Positions 36,522-48,294 of a stretch of DNA of 64,000 bases are shown in pieces (position 1 is the first letter of the stretch; each line of letters opens with the position of its first letter). The DNA lies in NCBI RefSeq assembly GCF_055900595.2, contig NZ_CM148325.1; one strand, 5' to 3'. Under the pieces are notes generated by a model. That model searched no databases. It worked only from the letters and a program-made list of their open reading frames with translations, and had not been told where the DNA came from. A program made the translations under genes and the position numbers.

Positions 36522-38441
36522 ATGAATAAGTTTATCGCTGCTGAAGCTGCGGAATGTATAGGCTGTCATGCTTGTGAAATTGCCTGTGCGGTGGCACACA
36601 ATCAAGAAAACTGGCCGCTGAGTCACAGTGACTTTCGACCGCGTATCCACGTTGTAGGGAAAGGCCAGGCTGCGAATCCGGTGGCCTGTCATCACTGCAA
36701 CAATGCTCCTTGCGTTACGGCTTGTCCGGTTAATGCTCTGACTTTCCAGCCCGATAGCGTACAACTGGACGAGCAAAAATGTATTGGTTGTAAAAGATGC
36801 GCAATCGCTTGCCCCTTTGGCGTCGTTGAGATGGTCGATACGATTGCGCAGAAATGCGACCTTTGTAATCAGCGCAGTTCCGGCACGCAAGCCTGTATTG
36901 ACGTATGCCCAACACAGGCGTTACGGCTGATGGACGATAAAGGGTTGCAGCAGATAAAGGTGGCCCGCCAGCGCAAAACGGCAGCAGGAAAAGCGTCATC
37001 AGACGCTCAGCCATCTCGCAGTGCAGCGTTGCTCCCCGTTAACTCGCGTAAAGGCGCAGATAAAATTTCAGCGAGTGAACGGAAAACCCACTTTGGCGAA
37101 ATTTATTGCGGGCTGGATCCACAACAAGCGACTTATGAGAGTGACCGCTGTGTTTATTGTGCCGAAAAAGCTAACTGCAACTGGCATTGCCCGCTGCATA
37201 ACGCTATTCCGGATTACATCCGTCTGGTGCAGGAAGGAAAGATTATTGAAGCGGCAGAACTTTGCCACCAGACCAGTTCCTTACCAGAAATCTGCGGCAG
37301 GGTATGTCCACAGGACCGTCTTTGTGAAGGCGCATGTACTTTGAAAGATCACTCTGGCGCAGTCTCTATCGGGAATCTGGAACGCTACATCACCGATACC
37401 GCGTTGGCGATGGGCTGGCGTCCTGATGTCAGCCATGTTGTTCCCCGTATCGAAAAAGTGGCGGTGATTGGCGCAGGGCCTGCAGGGTTAGGGTGTGCTG
37501 ATATTCTGGCGCGCGCAGGAGTTCAGGTTGATGTCTTTGATCGCCATCCAGAAATTGGCGGTATGCTGACTTTTGGCATTCCTCCTTTCAAACTCGATAA
37601 AACAGTCTTAAGCCAGCGGCGTGAGATATTCACCGCAATGGGAATCGACTTTCATCTCAACTGTGAGATTGGCCGCGATATTACCTTTAGCGATTTAACT
37701 TCTGAATATGATGCAGTTTTCATCGGCGTGGGGACTTACGGGATGATGCGAGCAGATCTGCCGCATGAAGATGCGCCCGGTGTCATTCAGGCTCTACCGT
37801 TCCTGACTGCCCATACCCGCCAGTTGATGGGATTGCCGGAGTCTGAAGAGTATCCGCTGACGGATGTGGAAGGTAAGCGAGTCGTGGTATTGGGCGGTGG
37901 CGATACGACCATGGATTGTTTGCGGACTTCCATCCGCCTCAATGCCGCCAGCGTGACCTGCGCGTATCGTCGTGATGAAGTCAGTATGCCGGGCTCGCGC
38001 AAAGAGGTGGTCAATGCGCGCGAGGAAGGTGTCGAGTTTCAGTTCAATGTTCAGCCGCAATATATCGCTTGTGACGAAGATGGGCGTTTAACTGCGGTGG
38101 GCCTTATTCGTACCGCTATGGGTGAGCCGGGTCCGGATGGACGCCGTCGTCCTCGTCCGGTAGCGGGTTCAGAGTTTGAGCTGCCTGCCGATGTTCTGAT
38201 TATGGCCTTTGGTTTCCAGGCGCATGCCATGCCGTGGTTGCAAGGCAGCGGAATTAAGCTCGATAAATGGGGCCTGATTCAAACCGGGGACGTCGGGTAT
38301 TTACCCACCCAGACGCATCTGAAAAAAGTCTTTGCTGGTGGGGATGCAGTTCATGGCGCGGATCTGGTTGTCACTGCAATGGCCGCAGGAAGGCAGGCGG
38401 CGCGCGATATGTTAACTCTGTTTGATACGAAGGCATCGTGA
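36522..38441 (+). CDS. ygfT: Fe-S / FAD-NAD(P) oxidoreductase YgfT (N-terminal 4x[4Fe-4S] ferredoxin module fused to a GltD-like domain)
   Basis: ORF 36507..38441; Cys clusters [37 protein letters not shown] and CDLC, followed by the dinucleotide-binding motif VIGAGPAG. Confidence 0.85.
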   Translation: MNKFIAAEAAECIGCHACEIACAVAHNQENWPLSHSDFRPRIHVVGKGQAANPVACHHCNNAPCVTACPVNALTFQPDSVQLDEQKCIGCKRCAIACPFGVVEMVDTIAQKCDLCNQRSSGTQACIDVCPTQALRLMDDKGLQQIKVARQRKTAAGKASSDAQPSRSAALLPVNSRKGADKISASERKTHFGEIYCGLDPQQATYESDRCVYCAEKANCNWHCPLHNAIPDYIRLVQEGKIIEAAELCHQTSSLPEICGRVCPQDRLCEGACTLKDHSGAVSIGNLERYITDTALAMGWRPDVSHVVPRIEKVAVIGAGPAGLGCADILARAGVQVDVFDRHPEIGGMLTFGIPPFKLDKTVLSQRREIFTAMGIDFHLNCEIGRDITFSDLTSEYDAVFIGVGTYGMMRADLPHEDAPGVIQALPFLTAHTRQLMGLPESEEYPLTDVEGKRVVVLGGGDTTMDCLRTSIRLNAASVTCAYRRDEVSMPGSRKEVVNAREEGVEFQFNVQPQYIACDEDGRLTAVGLIRTAMGEPGPDGRRRPRPVAGSEFELPADVLIMAFGFQAHAMPWLQGSGIKLDKWGLIQTGDVGYLPTQTHLKKVFAGGDAVHGADLVVTAMAAGRQAARDMLTLFDTKAS

Positions 38442-38929
38442 TGAAATCGTTAATTATCGTTAATCCGGCTGACTGTATTGGCTGCCGTACTTGTGAAGTG
38501 GCCTGTGTGGTCGCTCACCCTTCAGAACAGGAGTTGAATGCCGATGTCTTTTTACCCCGGCTGAAGGTACAGCGACTGGACTGCATCAGTGCGCCGGTGA
38601 TGTGCCATCAGTGTGAAAACGCCCCTTGTGTTGGCGCTTGCCCCGTGGGAGCGCTGACGATGGGCGAGCAGGTGGTGCAGGCCAATTCTGCCCGTTGTAT
38701 TGGCTGTCAGAGTTGCGTCAGTGCGTGTCCGTTTGGGATGATCACCATTCAGTCGTTGCCGGGGGATACCCGGCAACAAATTGTGAAATGCGATCTCTGT
38801 GAACAGCGGGAAGAGGGGCCTGCCTGCGTTGAATCTTGCCCGACACAGGCGCTGCAGTTGCTTACTGAAAGAGAACTCAGGCTAGTCCGCCAGCAGCGTA
38901 TTGTTGCCAGCGGTGAGAATCCTCTCTGA
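38438..38929 (+). CDS. ygfS: 4Fe-4S ferredoxin-type protein YgfS
   Basis: 163-aa ORF with the same four Cys-cluster arrangement as the YgfT N-terminus; start overlaps the ygfT stop. Confidence 0.85.
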   Translation: MMKSLIIVNPADCIGCRTCEVACVVAHPSEQELNADVFLPRLKVQRLDCISAPVMCHQCENAPCVGACPVGALTMGEQVVQANSARCIGCQSCVSACPFGMITIQSLPGDTRQQIVKCDLCEQREEGPACVESCPTQALQLLTERELRLVRQQRIVASGENPL

Positions 38930-38933
38930 AAGA

Positions 38934-38961
38934 ATTCTCCGCGCTGAAAGGCGCGGAGAAT
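38934..38961. terminator. bidirectional hairpin between convergent ygfS and ghxQ
   Basis: attctccgcgc-tgaaag-gcgcggagaat perfect inverted repeat. Confidence 0.5.
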
Positions 38962-38964
38962 CTA

Positions 38965-40332
38965 TTAGATAGCCCATCCACCCGCGTAAAATGCGACCAG
39001 TGCGGCAGTAATGATTACCGTACCAATATTCAGCTTTTTCCATTCGCGTGCAAAGACGCGGCCTACGACCAGTGTCACAAAGCCCAGCATAATACCGGTA
39101 ACGATATTACAAGTCAGAACGATAAACACGGCACACACCAGGCCAGCCATTGCGTCAATAAAATCGTTGAAATCCAGCTTCGAGACGTTACTTAACATCA
39201 GCAAACCTACGTACATCAGAGCGGGTGCAGTGGCGTAACCAGGGATCAAAAATGACAGTGGTGATAAAAACAGAATCAACAGGAATAACGCCCCCACTAC
39301 GGTTGCGGTCAACCCTGTTTTACCCCCGGCGGCGGTTCCTGCCGCTGATTCGATATAAACCGCTGCGGGCGCAGCACCCACCAGGCCGGAGAATATTGAA
39401 CTTACTGAGTCACTGGTCAGGGCTTTACCGCCGTTGATGATCTGGTTGTCTTTATCTAACAAATTCGCCTGACCGGCGACGGCACGGATGGTACCGGTGG
39501 CGTCGAACACTGCGGTCATCACCAATGCCAGTACACTCGGAAGTACAGTTGGCTGGAGTGCCCCCATAATATCGAGGCTGAAAATCAGAGACTTACCATC
39601 TTCGCCAGTCAGACTGGGCATCGCCACCAGACCGTGGTACTTCACCGCTGGATCAAAGATTAAGCCGATGATCGAAATTGCAATAATCACCAACAAGATC
39701 CCGCCAGGTACGCGGCACTTTTCCAGACCGAAGATGACCGCCAGACCCAGTAAGCTCATCATCACCGGGAAGGAGGTAAACGCGCCGAGCGCCACCGGCA
39801 AGCCTTCAATCGGGTTTTTGATAACCATTCCCACACCGTTAGCAGCAATCAGCAGCAGAAACAGGCCGATACCGATACCTGTGCCGTGAGCGATACCCAT
39901 CGGTAAATTACGTAATATCCAGGTTCGCACACCGGTTACAGAAATGGCGGTGAAGATGACGCCCATCAGAAAGACCGCACCCAGTGCGACAGGAACGCTA
40001 ATTTGTTGCCCGAGTACCAGACTGAATGCGGTAAATGCCGTTAAGGAAATAGCGCAACCAATCGCCATTGGCAAGTTGGCCCACAAGCCCATCAGCAACG
40101 AGCCGAAGCCCGCGACCAGACAGGTGGCAACAAACACAGCTGCGGGAGGAAAACCTGCTTTGCCCAGCATTCCCGGAACGACGATAACGGAATAAACCAT
40201 GGCCAGAAAGGTCGTTAAGCCAGCCAGTACTTCCTGACGAACGGTACTGCCACGAGCGGTAATTTTAAAATAATTATCCAGTGCGCCTTGTGGCTTTGGT
40301 GCGTCCGGTGTTTGTAGGATGTCTCCAGACAT
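38965..40332 (-). CDS. ghxQ: guanine/hypoxanthine permease (AzgA-like NCS2)
   Basis: 455-aa polytopic [37 protein letters not shown]. Confidence 0.88.
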   Translation of the reverse strand: MSGDILQTPDAPKPQGALDNYFKITARGSTVRQEVLAGLTTFLAMVYSVIVVPGMLGKAGFPPAAVFVATCLVAGFGSLLMGLWANLPMAIGCAISLTAFTAFSLVLGQQISVPVALGAVFLMGVIFTAISVTGVRTWILRNLPMGIAHGTGIGIGLFLLLIAANGVGMVIKNPIEGLPVALGAFTSFPVMMSLLGLAVIFGLEKCRVPGGILLVIIAISIIGLIFDPAVKYHGLVAMPSLTGEDGKSLIFSLDIMGALQPTVLPSVLALVMTAVFDATGTIRAVAGQANLLDKDNQIINGGKALTSDSVSSIFSGLVGAAPAAVYIESAAGTAAGGKTGLTATVVGALFLLILFLSPLSFLIPGYATAPALMYVGLLMLSNVSKLDFNDFIDAMAGLVCAVFIVLTCNIVTGIMLGFVTLVVGRVFAREWKKLNIGTVIITAALVAFYAGGWAI

Positions 40333-40367
40333 AATGATGTCCTCACGAGGATGTTAAAGTTTTATTA

Positions 40368-41687
40368 TTAGTTGCGTTCGTACACCAGACGACCATCAAC
40401 GTAGGTGCGGTAGATCGAACGGTCATCGCCCAACGTCATCATCACGAACAATTTGTCGACTAAAGAAACAGAGTTGTCATAGCGCAGCTGCTGTAGCGGG
40501 GTGGCGGTGGGTTCCATCACCACGAAATCAGCCTCTTTGCCAGGTAAAAAGTTGCCAATCAAATCGTCAAGGCCCAGAGATTTCGCCCCGCCGAGCGTGG
40601 CAAGGTAAAACGCTTCATATGCCGAGAGGCGATAGCCTTGTAATTGCAACACTTTGTAGGCTTCGTTCAGCGTTTGCAGCATGTTGAAAGTTGTTCCTGC
40701 GCCAATGTCAGTCCCCATGCCCACTTTGACTTTCTTCTGCCATGCTTTTTTCAAGTTGAATAAGCCACTGCCGAGGTAAAGGTTGGAGGTAGGACAGAAA
40801 GCAATGCTGGATTTGGTTTCGCTGAGACGATCCCACTCTTTCTCTTCGAGATGGACGCAGTGAGCAAAGACACAATTTTTACCTGTCAGACCGTACTGAT
40901 GGTAAACATCCAGATAACCATCATGGTCAGGATAAAGCGATTTGACCCAGGCAATTTCATCTTTATTTTCACAAAGATGGGTATGTACCCATGTATCGGG
41001 ATACTCTTCTTTCAGGCGTTGCGCCATCGCCATCTGTTCAGGAGATGAGGTTGGGGCGAAGCGTGGCGTAATCGCATACAACAGACGACCATTTTTGTGC
41101 CAGCGTTCGATCAGTTCTTTGCTTTGGTGATAGCTGCTTTCGGCAGTGTCGAGCAGATAATCCGGTGCGTTGCGGTCCATCATCACCTTACCGGCAATCA
41201 TACGCATATTGATATGACTGGCGGCTTCAAACAGCGCATCAACGGATTGCGGATGAACGGTACCAAACACCAACGCTGTGGTGGTTCCGTTACGTAAAAG
41301 CTGCTTGATGAAGAACGCCGACATTTCGCGGGCGTACTCTAAATCCTCATAACGACGTTCAGTAGGGAAGGTGTGTTTATTCAACCACTCCAACAATTGT
41401 TCACCATAGGCCCCAACCATTTCACTTTGCGGATAATGGATATGTGTATCGACAAAGCCCGGTACTACCAGTTTGCCGCGATAGTCGCGCACGCGAATGG
41501 TGTCAGGAATTTGATGCTTTCCGTCTTCCCATTCGCCAAACCATTCCACTTTTCCCTGTTTAATGAGTAATAAACCATCCTCAATAAACCGCAGCGCAGA
41601 GGCAATCTCTTCCGGGTTATCGACCGTACGGGTGACATCAATAAAACTGCCTCGTACCGCTTTTAACGTGTGTTCTCCTGACATCAT
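40368..41687 (-). CDS. guaD: guanine deaminase
   Basis: ORF 40368..41807; 439 aa beginning MMSGEHTLKAVRGSFIDV; amidohydrolase HxH motif. Confidence 0.9.
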   Translation of the reverse strand: MMSGEHTLKAVRGSFIDVTRTVDNPEEIASALRFIEDGLLLIKQGKVEWFGEWEDGKHQIPDTIRVRDYRGKLVVPGFVDTHIHYPQSEMVGAYGEQLLEWLNKHTFPTERRYEDLEYAREMSAFFIKQLLRNGTTTALVFGTVHPQSVDALFEAASHINMRMIAGKVMMDRNAPDYLLDTAESSYHQSKELIERWHKNGRLLYAITPRFAPTSSPEQMAMAQRLKEEYPDTWVHTHLCENKDEIAWVKSLYPDHDGYLDVYHQYGLTGKNCVFAHCVHLEEKEWDRLSETKSSIAFCPTSNLYLGSGLFNLKKAWQKKVKVGMGTDIGAGTTFNMLQTLNEAYKVLQLQGYRLSAYEAFYLATLGGAKSLGLDDLIGNFLPGKEADFVVMEPTATPLQQLRYDNSVSLVDKLFVMMTLGDDRSIYRTYVDGRLVYERN

Positions 41688-41701
41688 TGACTCCTTTACT
41701 G

Positions 41702-43102
41702 TTAATCCATCTCTTCCGCTGAGGTAATACCAGGCAGAACGTTTTCCTGTCGGTAGCCACCAGGGAGAATAATATTTAATAAAATCGCAGTTAACCCACC
41801 AGCACAAATAGGGTTTTCAACTAATACATAAATAGAGGCTGGCAATATTTTAAAAATTTCCGGATCGTAGGAGACGCCAAGCCCTAAACCTAAAGAAGTG
41901 GCGACAATAAGTGTTTCACGGCGCTTTAATCCGTTGGTGATGATGATGCGAATCCCAGCGATGGCAATCATGGAAAACATCAACGTCATTGCGCCTCCCA
42001 GAACAGCCGAGGGAATGGTCGTGAAGAAGCCGCCAATCATCGGAAACAAGCCGAGAATAACCAACATGACCGCGATGGTTCGCCCGACATAACGTGAAGC
42101 GACACCGGTCATCTGAATAACCCCATTATTTTGCGCAAACGTGGTTAACGGTAATGAACCGACAGCGGAAGCGATAACCGAAACCAGGCCATCTGCCAGT
42201 ACGCCGCCTTTCAGACGCGACTGATACTCTTCTCCCTGGATGGGGCGGCGGGAAACCATTGCCGTGGCGGTGATATCACCGACAGCTTCCAGCACGCTAA
42301 GCAAATAAATCGTGCCGACCACCAGGAACTGATGGAAGCTGAAACTAAACCCGTATTTGAACGGATGCGGGATGGTGATTAACGGCAAATTGCGCATACT
42401 GCTGAAATCCACCATGCCCAGGCATAACGACGCGATATAACCGACACATAGCCCAATGGCAATCCCTCCCATGCGTAGTAACGGACTGCGGCAGCAGTTA
42501 AAGCCGATCACCACAATCAAAACCAATAAACCAACGCCGAGATGTTCGTAATTGCCGAACGTACCGCTGCTTTTGGCAGCAAATCCTCCACCAAAATCGA
42601 TAATGCCGACTTTAATCAGGCTTAAGCCGATCATCAGCACCACAATGCCGCTAACGGTAGGTGTAATAACCCGACGTAAATAGGGCAGGATAAAAGAAGA
42701 GCCGACAACCAGAAATGCGCCAACGAAGGAGACGCCGAGAAGCGACGACATGATTAACTCTTCGTGAAAACCATCGCTTTTCATGCTGCTGCCCAGCGCA
42801 ATCATGACTGTAACAAATGAAAAATTGACTGACTGAATTGAGAGTAGGCCAGAACCGACGATGCCATAGCGGTTTACCTGTAACCAGGTACCAATACCAG
42901 AGGCGATCATCGCCATAGAAACAAGATAGGCGGTTGTTTCAGCGGAAAGCTGTAAGGCCGCACCGACGATTAACGCAGGGGTTACCATCGGAACGAAAAT
43001 TGCCAACAGATGGGTAATGGCACCAACGAGAGCCTGATGAAAGGGAGGGCGATCCTCCAGTTCAAATATAAGGTCAGAACCTGCATGGTTTATATCAGAC
43101 AT
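41702..43102 (-). CDS. xanQ: xanthine permease (NCS2/NAT)
   Basis: ORF 41702..43159; 466 aa beginning MSDINHAGSDLIFELEDRPPFHQALVGA. Confidence 0.88.
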   Translation of the reverse strand: MSDINHAGSDLIFELEDRPPFHQALVGAITHLLAIFVPMVTPALIVGAALQLSAETTAYLVSMAMIASGIGTWLQVNRYGIVGSGLLSIQSVNFSFVTVMIALGSSMKSDGFHEELIMSSLLGVSFVGAFLVVGSSFILPYLRRVITPTVSGIVVLMIGLSLIKVGIIDFGGGFAAKSSGTFGNYEHLGVGLLVLIVVIGFNCCRSPLLRMGGIAIGLCVGYIASLCLGMVDFSSMRNLPLITIPHPFKYGFSFSFHQFLVVGTIYLLSVLEAVGDITATAMVSRRPIQGEEYQSRLKGGVLADGLVSVIASAVGSLPLTTFAQNNGVIQMTGVASRYVGRTIAVMLVILGLFPMIGGFFTTIPSAVLGGAMTLMFSMIAIAGIRIIITNGLKRRETLIVATSLGLGLGVSYDPEIFKILPASIYVLVENPICAGGLTAILLNIILPGGYRQENVLPGITSAEEMD

Positions 43103-43266
43103 CCCTTCACTCCTTTTAAAGTAAATTTGATCATCTGAATCAGTAAAATAAATTCCCACGAATTTGGGGCGCAGGACGCCTTGAGAACGGCTTATCTCAT
43201 TTTCGCAGTCACTATTTAGTCATCGTTCAAACAGAGAAACAGGCCGCCGAAGCGGCCATTTATTAT

Positions 43267-46137
43267 TTATATTTTTTCCAGCGCGGTGAGTATTTTCTCC
43301 GGTGTGAAATGCCATTCGCGTAACCAGATGCCGCAGGCATCGTGAATTGCGGTAGCAATCGCCGGAGCTGCGCCATTTACACCGATTTCTGAGATTGATT
43401 TCGCCCCGAATGGGCCGACTTTATCGTCGCTCGGCACCAGCACAGCGCGGAAATCACGCGGAATGTCACCAATTTTCGGTGCGCCGTAACTGCGTAAATC
43501 ACGCGTTAACGGGTGGCCTTCGGCGTCATAAATGATTTCTTCGCTCATACTGTGCCCGATAGCACGCAGGGTGGCACCGTAGATTTGTCCCAACGCTAAC
43601 TCTGGATTGACCGGTGTACCGCAGTCCAGCAAGGCATAGAATTTATCCAGGCGGATTTCACCCGTACGTGTGTTGACGGCAACTTCAGCAAAGTTTGCGC
43701 CATACGGGAAGGCGAAATCAGGCGTGATATAACTGGCAGTTCCCACCAGTGAACCAAAACCGGTGCCGGTTTCGCCTTTATGGGCAATATCACCGAAACT
43801 AACTTCGCCTTTCTTGCCGCGAACGACACCCGGCGTTGCCAGTTGAACATCCTCCAGGGGTTCCCCCAGCATTTGTGCACCGTGGAACAGGATTTTCTCT
43901 CGGAGATTTTCTGCCGCCATACGCGCCGCGTTGCCGGAGAAACATGTACCGGACGAGGCATATGCGCCTTTATCAAACAGCGCATGATCGGTATCACCGG
44001 AGATAACATGCACGTCCTGCGGTGGGCAGTGCAGCACTTCTGCTGCCAGTTTCGTCACAACCGTATCCAGACCAGTACCAATATCCGCACCGCCAGAATG
44101 AACGATAAAAGTACCGTCCGATTCCAGTTTGATCATGCAGTTAGCCTGATCAATATCCGGGATACCCGATTTCTGCATGATAATGGCGACGCCGCGACCG
44201 ATGTGCCAGTCACCATTTTGCGGTTTTGGTGAAGACCATTGGATCATCTCGCGACCCTGACGCAGGATCTCTTCCAGCGCGCAGCTGGCGGCGGAAGGAA
44301 CGGAGGTCGGCGCTTTACCTTCACCAATCGCACCGAGAATTTTCAGCTCTTGCCCTTCGTGTACCCGATTACGTTCGATAATTTCCAGTTGATCGATCTG
44401 TAACTGTTCAGCCAGTTCCGCTAATGCCATGGTGATAGCGAAGTTACCTTTCGGTGCGCCATAACCCTGATAAGCACCATTTGGGCAAATGTTGCTGTAG
44501 TAGGTGGTGACCTGGAAATCGACGTTATCGCACGGATATAACGGCAGCGACAGCGCCGGTCCGTTACACGGTACGGTGAGTGAGTGGTTGCCGTAAGGGC
44601 CTGTGTTGGCGCGGAAATCCATCTTCACAGCCGTCAGGCGACCATCTTTCTTTGCCCCCAGTTTGACGGTGACTTTCGCGACGTGACGAGAGGTGTTAGC
44701 AATAAACTGTTCTTCACGGGTGTAGCGGAACAGTACCGGACGCCCGGTCACGCAGGTTGCCCAGGCGCACACTTCTTCCAGCAGGATGTCCTGTTTAGAC
44801 CCAAAACCGCCGCCAACTCGCTCTTTAATGACATGAACTTTATGTTGTTTCATGCCCACGAGGCGCGCGACCTGGCGGCGTAAGTGCCATGGTACCTGGG
44901 TGGAGGCGTGGATAACCAGACGATCGCCGTCCATACGGGTAAAGCAGATATGAGTTTCAGTCGGGCATTGCTGCGCCTGAGTTGAGTTATAGGTTCGCTC
45001 AATGATCACATCGGCATCGGCAAAGCCTTTATCCATATCGCCAATATGACCATGAATACTGGCGGCGATATTTTTACGAGGGCGAGAACCGATAGGGAAG
45101 TTGATAATCATATGCTCGCCGCGCTGGGCTGCATGGCTGTTATCGTCTTCCAGAGTGTCTGGCGCACCCGCCACATACACCACCGGTTCATCGTGTACGA
45201 CAGGCGCATCTTCCGCCATTGCCTCGTCAATCGACATTACAGGCTTAAGCACTTCATATTCAACGTCGATGAGCTTCAGTGCTTCGAGCGCAATTTCTTC
45301 ACTTTCAGCGACTACCGCAGCAACGCGATCGCCGACGTGACGCATTTTCTTGCCGAACATACGGCGGTCAAGCGGTGACGGTTCCGGTGCGCTCTGACCA
45401 CCCGGGGTGTAGTAGATATCCGGGCAATTCAGATGAGTAATAACGTGAACGACGCCTGGTAAGGCTTCAGCTTTGCTGACATCCAGGTGAGTAATCAGTG
45501 CGTGAGCGTGAGGGCTACGTAACATTTTAATGACGCAGGCGTCAGCCGTTACGCGGTCTTCAACATAGCAGGGTTTCGCCTGCACCATTTTTGCGGCATC
45601 AGTTTTAGGATAATGCTTACCAATGACTTCAAGGTCATCGCGGAAAGTCGGAGCGATATCAATGGTGGCCTGCGGGTTATTTTTACGTGCAACCGCCAGT
45701 TCAATGACCTGATAGTATTGTTGCCAGCCTGCATCGCGACTGAACAAACCAGAAAGCGCGTCGTCGATCTCTTCGCGGGTCGGTGCGGCGATACGCTCGA
45801 GCAGATCAGTGATAATCAGAGCAGCAGCTGGATCGTTATAACCAGACTGCACCACGCCAACATCAACCATTGCCTGTTGAACCAGACTTAACTCGTTCCA
45901 TTTTCCCAGAGACTCTGCGGTACGAATATTAGCCTTCTCTATCTGTGCGGCAATAAGTAAGGACGCGTTGACGATATTACCGTTAAAGATAATTGCGTCA
46001 GAACCGGCAAAACCGAATCCATCATCGCTGTTGCGTACAGAGTGCATTCCCATGTTAAACAACAGCTTTTGCACGTTTTCACCAGGATTAACGGTTAGCT
46101 CCTGGGGCGTGCCATTTAATGTAAAGTGGATGATCAT
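43267..46137 (-). CDS. xdhD: molybdopterin-containing hydroxylase, large subunit (xanthine dehydrogenase family, with N-terminal 2Fe-2S domain)
   Basis: 956-aa ORF. Confidence 0.88.
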   Translation of the reverse strand: MIIHFTLNGTPQELTVNPGENVQKLLFNMGMHSVRNSDDGFGFAGSDAIIFNGNIVNASLLIAAQIEKANIRTAESLGKWNELSLVQQAMVDVGVVQSGYNDPAAALIITDLLERIAAPTREEIDDALSGLFSRDAGWQQYYQVIELAVARKNNPQATIDIAPTFRDDLEVIGKHYPKTDAAKMVQAKPCYVEDRVTADACVIKMLRSPHAHALITHLDVSKAEALPGVVHVITHLNCPDIYYTPGGQSAPEPSPLDRRMFGKKMRHVGDRVAAVVAESEEIALEALKLIDVEYEVLKPVMSIDEAMAEDAPVVHDEPVVYVAGAPDTLEDDNSHAAQRGEHMIINFPIGSRPRKNIAASIHGHIGDMDKGFADADVIIERTYNSTQAQQCPTETHICFTRMDGDRLVIHASTQVPWHLRRQVARLVGMKQHKVHVIKERVGGGFGSKQDILLEEVCAWATCVTGRPVLFRYTREEQFIANTSRHVAKVTVKLGAKKDGRLTAVKMDFRANTGPYGNHSLTVPCNGPALSLPLYPCDNVDFQVTTYYSNICPNGAYQGYGAPKGNFAITMALAELAEQLQIDQLEIIERNRVHEGQELKILGAIGEGKAPTSVPSAASCALEEILRQGREMIQWSSPKPQNGDWHIGRGVAIIMQKSGIPDIDQANCMIKLESDGTFIVHSGGADIGTGLDTVVTKLAAEVLHCPPQDVHVISGDTDHALFDKGAYASSGTCFSGNAARMAAENLREKILFHGAQMLGEPLEDVQLATPGVVRGKKGEVSFGDIAHKGETGTGFGSLVGTASYITPDFAFPYGANFAEVAVNTRTGEIRLDKFYALLDCGTPVNPELALGQIYGATLRAIGHSMSEEIIYDAEGHPLTRDLRSYGAPKIGDIPRDFRAVLVPSDDKVGPFGAKSISEIGVNGAAPAIATAIHDACGIWLREWHFTPEKILTALEKI

Positions 46138-46913
46138 ACGGCTTCCTCCCCAGCCTGTTGGCAGTCGGCATAAAGGTCGGCTACCAGAACTCCCGTGATA
46201 TAGCGTTTATAGGCCACGCTGCCCCGCAAATCTTCCTGCGGGAAAATGGCGTTGGCGACAGCCTGTTCAAGGGCATCGCCTTCCAAGTTTTGTTTTTCAA
46301 CATCGTGCAGACGCAGTGCTTTACTGGCCACGCCATCCAACGCAATTCGCATACCGTCGTGATCGGTTAACGCAACGGCTGCCGTTACTACCGTTAACCC
46401 AGCCTGAGAACGGCTAATTTTGCGAGTCGCACAGGTGCGATACGGATCTTTAATGATGATTTCGGTTAGCAGGCGATCGCATGGGCAGGCCAGGTACTCC
46501 TCAATTGACAGAGTTTCACCGTTGCCAAAAACCAGTTCGGCATCCAGTGCCAGCAGGACGGGAAGCAGCACCGACTCTTCCTGCCGGGCGGCGATTTCAC
46601 CACCAATGGTCGACTGATTACGAATATGGCGAGAGTAGACAAAGCCGAGAGCCTCACGCAGTGCTGCAGGAATAAACCGTGCATCACGCAGTGTTTGCAA
46701 GCGAGACATCGCGCCAATCCGCAATGCACCGTTATCCCAGTCAACCCAGTCCAGTTCCAGATCCTGTAAGGATATGGCAATCTTTTTATCGGTACGGGTT
46801 GGTGTGGCGTTGAGTTTACTGCCTCCGGCAAACCAGACAGCTTCATCCTGATAGCGGCGCTTCAGTTCCAGCGCCTGTTCGACAGAGTCGGGTCTGAAAA
46901 ATTGTTCAATCAT
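46134..46913 (-). CDS. ygfM: FAD-binding subunit of molybdo-hydroxylase (CO dehydrogenase flavoprotein-like)
   Basis: 259-aa ORF; start overlaps xdhD. Confidence 0.85.
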   Translation of the reverse strand: MIEQFFRPDSVEQALELKRRYQDEAVWFAGGSKLNATPTRTDKKIAISLQDLELDWVDWDNGALRIGAMSRLQTLRDARFIPAALREALGFVYSRHIRNQSTIGGEIAARQEESVLLPVLLALDAELVFGNGETLSIEEYLACPCDRLLTEIIIKDPYRTCATRKISRSQAGLTVVTAAVALTDHDGMRIALDGVASKALRLHDVEKQNLEGDALEQAVANAIFPQEDLRGSVAYKRYITGVLVADLYADCQQAGEEAV

Positions 46914-46963
46914 CTTCTTTCCTTATTTAACCCTCTTCCTTTAAGGAAGAGGGTATCTGTCAT

Positions 46964-48292
46964 TTATGCCAGCGCATCCATCCGACGCCACATACTGGCG
47001 GCGGCTTTTTGGGCTTGCGCATAAATGGAATCGCAATCGAAGTTAAACTGACGGTCTTCATAGACCATAACGCCATTGACCATCACGCTATGAACGCTGC
47101 CTGAACCCATGCCGAAAGCGATATGTCCAGCGATATTGTCTGCCAGCAGTGGCGTCGGTGAGTTGTAATCGCAAATGGTTAAATCGGCTTTATAACCGGC
47201 TTCAAGAAGGCCAAATTTCGCGCCAAAGTTGCGGCTCATCAGTTCGTTGCCGTTAGCCAGAGCTTTGGCAAAGCTGTCAGGCCACAGCGGACCACCCGCA
47301 TCGCGATGTTTAAAGAAGGCAAATTTCATCTCTTCAAACATGTCCGAACCAATTCCGTCCGTTCCCAACGCCAGATTGCGGATGTCGCAAAGATGATGGT
47401 TGTAGCCGACATGGTTGTTCATGTTTGAACGGGCGTTATGCACCAGGAATGCATCACGCTGATTGAGCAACGCGATGTCGTCTTTAGACAGATAAAGCCC
47501 ATGAGCGACCAGCGTTTTGCTGTCGATGAGATCGAATTGCGCTAATCGTGCCAGCAGATCTTTGCCGTACCAGTGATGACTATGGGAAACATCGTAAAGG
47601 TCTTCCGCAGCGTGAATATGTAAACCACGGCCTGTGGCTTTCACGGCCTCACGCAGCATTTCCAGACCGGCATCCGGCACAGTAAACGGCGCGTGAGCAC
47701 CAATATGAGCCTCTACCAGATACGGTTCAGTTGCCGCTTTCTTCGCATCATCAATCTGACGGGCGAAGCGGATATTTTCCTCTACTCCTTCCTGTAGTTC
47801 TTTAATGCCGTTGTTACGGTCAGTGGTTTCAAAACAGGTCATCGCACGCAGGCCAACTTTTAAAAATGCGTTGCGCAATGTGGAGAGCGACCCGCCGATA
47901 TACGCCGGAGAGGCATGGTGATCGATAACAGATGTACATCCGCTCTTAATCGCTTCCAGGGAACAAATCAGTCCGCTGTAATAGAGAGACTCTTCATCAA
48001 GGGCGCGATCGAGTCGCCACCAGAGATTTTTCAGCGTTGAGATGAAATCCGGGCAGGGGGCGATGTTTGCCATAATTCCACGGGAAAGCCCCGAGTAAAA
48101 ATGGTTGTGCGAGCAGACAATTCCCGGCATCACAATCCGACCATGCATCTCTTTGTAGCTGGCATCGGGGTAGCGTTGCGTCAGAGCATCGCCTATAGCG
48201 ACAATCACATCATTTTCGATGGCGATATCAACGCCTTCCTGCACTTTCGCCGGGTGTAACTGCACTGCGGTGACATTCTTCAGAATCAACAT
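46964..48292 (-). CDS. ssnA: amidohydrolase-superfamily protein SsnA (chlorohydrolase/deaminase-like)
   Basis: 442-aa ORF with an HxH metal-binding motif. Confidence 0.88.
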   Translation of the reverse strand: MLILKNVTAVQLHPAKVQEGVDIAIENDVIVAIGDALTQRYPDASYKEMHGRIVMPGIVCSHNHFYSGLSRGIMANIAPCPDFISTLKNLWWRLDRALDEESLYYSGLICSLEAIKSGCTSVIDHHASPAYIGGSLSTLRNAFLKVGLRAMTCFETTDRNNGIKELQEGVEENIRFARQIDDAKKAATEPYLVEAHIGAHAPFTVPDAGLEMLREAVKATGRGLHIHAAEDLYDVSHSHHWYGKDLLARLAQFDLIDSKTLVAHGLYLSKDDIALLNQRDAFLVHNARSNMNNHVGYNHHLCDIRNLALGTDGIGSDMFEEMKFAFFKHRDAGGPLWPDSFAKALANGNELMSRNFGAKFGLLEAGYKADLTICDYNSPTPLLADNIAGHIAFGMGSGSVHSVMVNGVMVYEDRQFNFDCDSIYAQAQKAAASMWRRMDALA

Positions 48293-48294
48293 GA

